Source of the DNA: an uncultured bacterium
GTDB taxonomy: Bacteria > Bacteroidota > Bacteroidia > NS11-12g > UBA9320
NCBI GenBank assembly: GCA_963991985.1
Contig: CAXDRX010000008.1
Span: forward strand, 399 to 64,398
Length of the DNA: 64,000 nt
Direction of reading: 5' to 3'
Shown: positions 58,868 through 64,000 of the stretch, one piece after another
Position numbering within the stretch: position 1 is the stretch's first letter
Layout of the letters: the number at the start of each line of letters is the position of its first letter
Position numbers and translations under genes: made by a program
The notes under the pieces: model-generated
The model's database searches: none
What the model was told of the DNA's origin: nothing
What the model saw: only the letters and a program-made list of their open reading frames with translations

Positions 58868-60121
58868 TCAGAGATTAAATTCTTTCTTTATTTTCTCTAC
58901 AAAGTTCAACTTTTCCCAAGGAAAAAGTTCTACTTCTATTTCTTTTTTTTCTCCGTTGGAGTGCACAAATGTTTTTATTTTCTTCTCTGGTGTTCTACCC
59001 ATATGACCATAAGCAGCCGTCTCCGCATAGATTGGGGTTCTAAGTTTGAGTCTTTTTTCTATGGCCATTGGCCTCATATCAAAAATTTTCAAAAGTCTTT
59101 CTGCAATTTCTCCTTCAGAAAGTTTTGTTTTATTGGTTCCATAAGTATTGATGTTTAAACCAGTAGGTTCTGCAATTCCAATAGCATAAGACACTTGAAC
59201 CAAGATTTCATCGGCCATTCCTGCAGCCACCAAGTTTTTGGCAATGTGCCGAGTAGCATAGGCTGCTGAACGATCTACCTTGCTCGGATCTTTTCCGGAA
59301 AAAGCACCTCCCCCGTGCGCACCTTTCCCGCCATAGGTATCTACAATTATTTTTCTTCCGGTAAGGCCTGTGTCTCCGTGGGGACCTCCAATAACGAATT
59401 TGCCTGTTGGGTTGACATGATAATTGATGTCTTTCCCAAAAAGAGCCTGCACTTCGGGTCCATAGTGTCGGACAACTTTTGGCATTAGAATATGGATCAA
59501 ATCGCTGGCGATGGTTTCATGCATTTTTTGGTCGGTATCAAATGGATCGTGTTGGGTAGAAATTACAATAGAATCTATCCGTTCTGCCTTATGATCGTCT
59601 GAATATTGAATCGTGACTTGTGATTTAGCGTCAGGCCTAAGGTAAGTGATCCCCTTGTTGGATTTTCTTATTTCGGCCAACTCTACAAGTATTTTGTGAG
59701 CAATTGAAAGGGCAAGAGGCATGTAGTCTTCCGTTTCTTTTGAAGCATAACCAAACATCATGCCTTGATCTCCTGCACCTTGATCCTCTTCTTTTTCACG
59801 CTCCACACCGCGATTGATGTCAACGCTTTGACTGTGAATAGAGGACATGATACCACAACTATTGCCATCAAATTGGTACGCACTTTTTGTATAGCCAATA
59901 TCGTTGATTACCTTTCTAGTAATTGCCTGTACATCTAAATACGTTTTGGATTTCACCTCTCCAGATAAAACAACCTGTCCTGTAGTAACTAGCGTTTCGC
60001 AAGCGACTTTGCTTTGGGGGTCAAAAGCCAAAAAATTGTCCAACAAGGCGTCGCTGATTTGGTCTGCAATTTTATCTGGATGTCCTTCAGATACGGATTC
60101 AGATGTAAAAAAATAAGACAT
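58868..60121 (-). CDS. metK: S-adenosylmethionine synthetase.
   Basis: [17 protein letters not shown]...GAGDQG...GGGAFSGKD signature motifs. Confidence 0.92.
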   Translation of the reverse strand: MSYFFTSESVSEGHPDKIADQISDALLDNFLAFDPQSKVACETLVTTGQVVLSGEVKSKTYLDVQAITRKVINDIGYTKSAYQFDGNSCGIMSSIHSQSVDINRGVEREKEEDQGAGDQGMMFGYASKETEDYMPLALSIAHKILVELAEIRKSNKGITYLRPDAKSQVTIQYSDDHKAERIDSIVISTQHDPFDTDQKMHETIASDLIHILMPKVVRHYGPEVQALFGKDINYHVNPTGKFVIGGPHGDTGLTGRKIIVDTYGGKGAHGGGAFSGKDPSKVDRSAAYATRHIAKNLVAAGMADEILVQVSYAIGIAEPTGLNINTYGTNKTKLSEGEIAERLLKIFDMRPMAIEKRLKLRTPIYAETAAYGHMGRTPEKKIKTFVHSNGEKKEIEVELFPWEKLNFVEKIKKEFNL

Positions 60122-60147
60122 GTTCAACAAATCTAATTGATTCTAAA

Positions 60148-61485
60148 CTATCCAAACAAATATTGCATCAAGTCGGGTATGTTTTCAAATTCCAGCTGTT
60201 GATTTTGGTTGTTGACGCTTTTTTGCTGGGGTAAAAATATTTTACCGGCCCCATTTTTTATTGCCTCTTCTCTTCTAAGATTCATTTTATTGGTTCCTCT
60301 TATTTCGCCCGTCAGACCAACCTCTCCAATAAAAACAGAACCCTTAGGCAAAGGGGTTTCAAAAAATGAACTAAGCAATGCTGCCATTACTGCTAGGTCT
60401 ACCAAAGGATCTTCTAGTTTTAAGCCACCAGTAATGTTGAGGAATACATCTTTGTTCCCCAATTGGATTTCACATTTTTTTTCCAAAACGGCAATCAGCA
60501 TATTGAGGCGTCGCATATCAAAACCATTGGTATTTCGCTGTGAAGTTCCATAAACTGCATTGCCCACCAAGGCTTGCACTTCTACCATCAGTGGTCGAAT
60601 GCCTTCAATAGAAACAGATCTTGCCAAACCGGGATGGTTTGTTTTGCTGGGACTCAGGGTTAGTTGAGCTGTGTCCTTTACCGCCATCAAACCCTGGGCT
60701 GTCATTTCATAAATACCCAAGGCCATTGCCGAGCCAAAACGATTTTTTACAGCTCTAACCAAGCGATAATCGTGATTCCTATTGCCTTCAAAATACAAAA
60801 CGACATCTACCAAATGTTCCAAAATTTTTGGCCCTGCCAACTGGCCATCTTTGGTTATGTGACCAATCAGAAATATACATTGGTTTGTACTTTTTGAAAT
60901 TTTCATCAACTCCTGTGCACAAAACCTAATTTGATTGAGGCTTCCTGGAGCAGAATCTATCTGATTGGAATAGAGTGTTTGTATAGAGTCTACAATGACC
61001 AAAGGGTGTTTATTGACCTTTAAAATTTTTAATATATCCTCAAGATCTGTTGTGTTGAGCAAATCAATGGTTTCGTTTTTCTTTGAATACAAACGAGCGG
61101 CCCTTTGTTTTACCTGTTGCGGACTTTCCTCACCTGTTATGTAAATACTCGGCCAATGGGATTGAAGTGCATTTTGCAAAAGCAAGGTAGATTTTCCAAC
61201 ACCGGGCTCCCCCCCCAAAAGAAGCATTGAACCTGGGACCAGGCCTCCGCCCAAAACATTGTTCAGTTCATTGTCCAAAAACTTAATTCTTTGTTCTTCC
61301 ATTCCGTCGACCTGATGAAGTGCCAAAAAATCAACTTCACTTCTTCGTTTGCTCGAATGGGAGGATTTAATTTTTTCTTGTTCTTCAAATGAATTCCATG
61401 CATTGCAAACTGTGCATTTTCCCATCCATTTAGAAGACTCAAAAGCACAAGAATTACATACATAGATGGATTTACTTTTCGGCAT
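60148..61485 (-). CDS. radA: DNA repair protein RadA (Sms).
   Basis: N-terminal C4 zinc finger (CNSCAFES...CTVC), Walker A GEPGVGKST, the KNRFG motif, and a Lon-like C-terminal domain. Confidence 0.9.
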   Translation of the reverse strand: MPKSKSIYVCNSCAFESSKWMGKCTVCNAWNSFEEQEKIKSSHSSKRRSEVDFLALHQVDGMEEQRIKFLDNELNNVLGGGLVPGSMLLLGGEPGVGKSTLLLQNALQSHWPSIYITGEESPQQVKQRAARLYSKKNETIDLLNTTDLEDILKILKVNKHPLVIVDSIQTLYSNQIDSAPGSLNQIRFCAQELMKISKSTNQCIFLIGHITKDGQLAGPKILEHLVDVVLYFEGNRNHDYRLVRAVKNRFGSAMALGIYEMTAQGLMAVKDTAQLTLSPSKTNHPGLARSVSIEGIRPLMVEVQALVGNAVYGTSQRNTNGFDMRRLNMLIAVLEKKCEIQLGNKDVFLNITGGLKLEDPLVDLAVMAALLSSFFETPLPKGSVFIGEVGLTGEIRGTNKMNLRREEAIKNGAGKIFLPQQKSVNNQNQQLEFENIPDLMQYLFG

Positions 61486-61638
61486 AAAGAAGAAGAATCA
61501 AAATAAACGATAAATATTAGGTAGAGAAATCTAGATGCTAAAAAAGACCATTTTTTTATGCCCATTTGGATTTCAGCATTCAATTTTTTCTATTTTTGCT
61601 CGCACTACCTAAAAAGTACGCTTTAAAGACGACCAAAA

Positions 61639-62475
61639 ATGAGAAAACAAATTCTAATTTTCACGATGTTAACCTGCCTATTTGCGCTAGCCTTCGATGC
61701 TCAAGGAGATGAGACCACCTCAGACACAAGCGTTGAGCAGACAGACAGTTCAGCAATCAACCCTTTAGACTCCTCTATTGAAAATGAAACAGAGGATGAA
61801 AGCGCTGAAGAAATAGCGCCCGCTGTAAAACAAAAAGGAAGAAAAGTAATCAAAGAAAAATTTATAGAGGGGGGTGCCGGTTTTATGGCTTTACCACTCA
61901 TTGCTTTGATTCTTGGTTTGGCCATTGCAATCGAAAGAATGTTGACGCTTTGGTTGGGAAGTATCAATACAGAAAAATTCTTACAAGCCATCGACGAAGC
62001 AACTGCCAATGGAAAAGCCGAAAAAGCGCTAGAAATAAGTAGAAATACAAAAGGACCCGTTGCTTCCATATTTTACCAAGGTTTGGATAGAGCCGATGAA
62101 GGCATAGATATGGTAGAAAAATCTGTGGTAAGTTATGGGTCTGTCCAAACAGGGAAATTAGAAAAAGGGCTTGTTTGGATTTCCTTGTGTATTGCCCTTG
62201 CTCCGATGTTGGGCTTCCTGGGAACGGTCATTGGTATGATCCAAGCCTTTGACGAAATTGAGCGCGTTGGAGACATATCCCCCAGTGTCGTTGCAGGTGG
62301 GATTAAAGTAGCTCTTCTTACAACCGTGGCCGGATTAATCGTGGCAATCATTCTTCAAATCTTTTACAATCTCATCCTAAGCAAGATAGATTCTGTTGTC
62401 AATGAAATGGAGGAAACCTCAGTTTCATTGGTGGATATTCTTTTGAAAAATAAAGTCGTAAAAACTGATAACTAA
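61639..62475 (+). CDS. exbB: MotA/TolQ/ExbB proton-channel family protein.
   Basis: Long N-terminal periplasmic region followed by three TM helices, with the conserved ALAPMLGFLGTVIGMI motif. Confidence 0.8.
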   Translation: MRKQILIFTMLTCLFALAFDAQGDETTSDTSVEQTDSSAINPLDSSIENETEDESAEEIAPAVKQKGRKVIKEKFIEGGAGFMALPLIALILGLAIAIERMLTLWLGSINTEKFLQAIDEATANGKAEKALEISRNTKGPVASIFYQGLDRADEGIDMVEKSVVSYGSVQTGKLEKGLVWISLCIALAPMLGFLGTVIGMIQAFDEIERVGDISPSVVAGGIKVALLTTVAGLIVAIILQIFYNLILSKIDSVVNEMEETSVSLVDILLKNKVVKTDN

Positions 62476-62485
62476 AATTTCAGAG

Positions 62486-62899
62486 ATGCTAAAAAATATT
62501 CGTTGGGCATATTATCTACTTGTTTTGCTTTTGGTTGTCATTTCTGCCTTCGGATTGTTTGGCGGTAATGTAGACATGGGCGTAAATATTGGCCTAAATT
62601 TGGCACTAGGTTTACTGGGAGTTGGTGTTTTGGTTGCCATTGCTGGCTTTGTCATTCAAATAAAGAACAATCCACAAAACAGCCGAAAATCCCTTTTGAG
62701 TATCGGCATTCTTGTTGTTTTGTGCGGGATATGTTATGCACTGGCAAGCAGTGAAATCACGGATTTGTATGTCAACAATGGGCTAGACAACCCTGCAGCT
62801 TCCAAAAGAGTAGGTGGTGGTTTGCTCCTGGCCTACGTCTTGGGTACTGTAGCCATTTTGGTTGGTGTTTTTTCGGGGCTTGTAAAATCCATCAAATAA
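62486..62899 (+). CDS. Small polytopic membrane protein (about 4 TM), hypothetical, embedded in the exbBD cluster.
   Basis: Hydrophobic profile only. Confidence 0.4.
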   Translation: MLKNIRWAYYLLVLLLVVISAFGLFGGNVDMGVNIGLNLALGLLGVGVLVAIAGFVIQIKNNPQNSRKSLLSIGILVVLCGICYALASSEITDLYVNNGLDNPAASKRVGGGLLLAYVLGTVAILVGVFSGLVKSIK

Positions 62900-62905
62900 A
62901 AGGCC

Positions 62906-63454
62906 ATGGCAAGAAAACCAAGATCCGTTCCTGAAATAAATGCCGGTTCAATGGCAGATATTGCTTTTTTGCTTTTGGTATTTTTCTTGGTAACCACAAC
63001 CATGGATATCCCTACGGGTTTGCAAGTGGGTTTGCCCCCCATTCCTGAAGGTCCTCCCCCAGAGTCTAAACAAAGGCAAAAAAATGTTTTGGAAGTTTTG
63101 ATCAACTCTCGAAACCAACTTTTGGTCGAAGGAGATCTAGCCGAAGTTGCTCAGCTCAATGAGATAACACGCACTCATTTGCTTAATGAAGGAAAAGATC
63201 CGAGATATGCAGAGTCATCTGAAGATGCCATTGTTTCCCTAAAAAATGATCGAGGGACAGACTTTGTTACTTATGTAGGTGTTTACAATGAAATCAAAAG
63301 GGCCTATAACGAAGTTCGAGATGAATATTCCGAAGCCAAATTTGGAAAACCCTTCGCAAAACTCAAAAAGAAAAGTGCTCCATACGAAGAAGTTAAAAAG
63401 AAATATCCCATCAAAATATCAGAGGCAGAACCAGAGGATATCGGCAACAAATAA
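62906..63454 (+). CDS. exbD: ExbD/TolR biopolymer transport protein.
   Basis: N-terminal TM segment MADIAFLLLVFFLVTT, typical of ExbD. Confidence 0.75.
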   Translation: MARKPRSVPEINAGSMADIAFLLLVFFLVTTTMDIPTGLQVGLPPIPEGPPPESKQRQKNVLEVLINSRNQLLVEGDLAEVAQLNEITRTHLLNEGKDPRYAESSEDAIVSLKNDRGTDFVTYVGVYNEIKRAYNEVRDEYSEAKFGKPFAKLKKKSAPYEEVKKKYPIKISEAEPEDIGNK

Positions 63455-63457
63455 ACC

Positions 63458-63937
63458 ATGTCAAAATTTAAAAAGAAAGAAAGCAAAGGTTCTCAAACCA
63501 TCAACACATCTTCCCTCCCAGATATTGTTTTCATGTTGTTGTTTTTCTTTATGGTTGCGACCAAAATGAGGGACAATGAAATGAAAGTACGAACCTCTGT
63601 TCCCAAGGCATCCGAAGTAGAAAAAATGGAGAAAAAGTCTTGGGTAAACTTCATTTTTGTTGGTCCGCCCCTTAAGACCGAAATTTATGGAGAAACTCCT
63701 AGGATTCAGCTCAACGACAAAATATCTTCTGTGGAAGATGTGCAGGAATTTATCACATTAGAAAGAGAAAAAGTGACCGAAGCAGAAATTCCATTTTTGA
63801 CCACGGCAATCAAAGCAGATAAAGAAGCGAAAATGGGAATTATACAAGACATAAAGCAAGAACTAAGAAAAATAAATGCCTTAAAACTTAGTTATATTGC
63901 TTCCAAAGAAGAGAGAGAATCTACCACGCCAAGGTAG
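63458..63937 (+). CDS. exbD: ExbD/TolR biopolymer transport protein, second copy.
   Basis: LPDIVFMLLFFFMVAT TM segment, and a size of about 159 aa. Confidence 0.75.
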   Translation: MSKFKKKESKGSQTINTSSLPDIVFMLLFFFMVATKMRDNEMKVRTSVPKASEVEKMEKKSWVNFIFVGPPLKTEIYGETPRIQLNDKISSVEDVQEFITLEREKVTEAEIPFLTTAIKADKEAKMGIIQDIKQELRKINALKLSYIASKEERESTTPR

Positions 63938-64000
63938 TTCCACCTCGAAAGCCAATTTATGCCCACAACATCCTTTGATTCGGTAAAAGACTACCTGGCC

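Noticed and set aside
60122-60147. Possible SAM riboswitch ahead of metK.
   Set aside because: Only 26 nt separate metK from the upstream radA stop, far too short for a riboswitch aptamer.
1-64000. CRISPR arrays, IS elements, rRNA genes.
   Set aside because: No regularly spaced short repeats with unique spacers, no transposase-like ORFs with terminal inverted repeats, and no rRNA-like sequence were found on reading.
63959-64000. A 14-codon ORF start (MPTTSFDSVKDYLA) after the second exbD, possibly the next gene (TonB-like?).
   Set aside because: It is too short to assign and is truncated by the end of the window.

Overview
This 64-kb window looks like chromosomal DNA from an AT-rich member of the Bacteroidota. 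Three things support that phylum call: at least six proteins end in a Por/T9SS C-terminal sorting domain, mutL is followed by tandem rhomboid genes, and there is an exbB-exbD-exbD cluster. Gene density is high and I saw no transposase, integrase or CRISPR array.

Clear housekeeping genes are mutL, purQ, dtd, uvrB, metG, anmK, xth, glmS, metK, radA, a fused 2-oxoacid dehydrogenase E1, a Glu/Leu/Phe/Val-family dehydrogenase and tRNA-Pro(GGG). Accessory-looking content:
- two paralogous PQQ-type soluble sugar dehydrogenase lipoproteins flanking a pirin;
- a putative copper module, an MbnP-like protein overlapping a di-heme cytochrome-c peroxidase (MbnH/MauG-like) followed by a T9SS-secreted YHYH protein;
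- a PhoD-like phosphatase;
- a cytoplasmic PAS histidine kinase paired with an unusual REC-cNMP-binding/Crp-type response regulator;
- a standalone radical-SAM/SPASM enzyme;
- glycosyltransferase clusters.

The most coherent system is a putative phytate/organophosphate-scavenging locus at 37.4-45.8 kb, next to tRNA-Pro. It comprises a T9SS protein, a TonB-dependent receptor, a beta-propeller phytase, and a 1206-aa T9SS protein with choice-of-anchor-I and lamin-tail domains.

Sequence-level oddities: an A10 tract that appears to decouple the TonB receptor from an upstream ATG and signal peptide; a near-perfect 63-bp in-frame tandem duplication inside the 1206-aa gene; an in-frame TGA six codons into a YwqK/MORN-like lipoprotein gene that otherwise starts with an ATGA overlap; three exact 22-bp-phased direct repeats followed by a terminator in a convergent intergenic region; and an N-terminally truncated, probably inactive 3-hydroxyacyl-CoA dehydrogenase homologue. 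All calls rest on reading the translations and DNA by eye; no database search was run.
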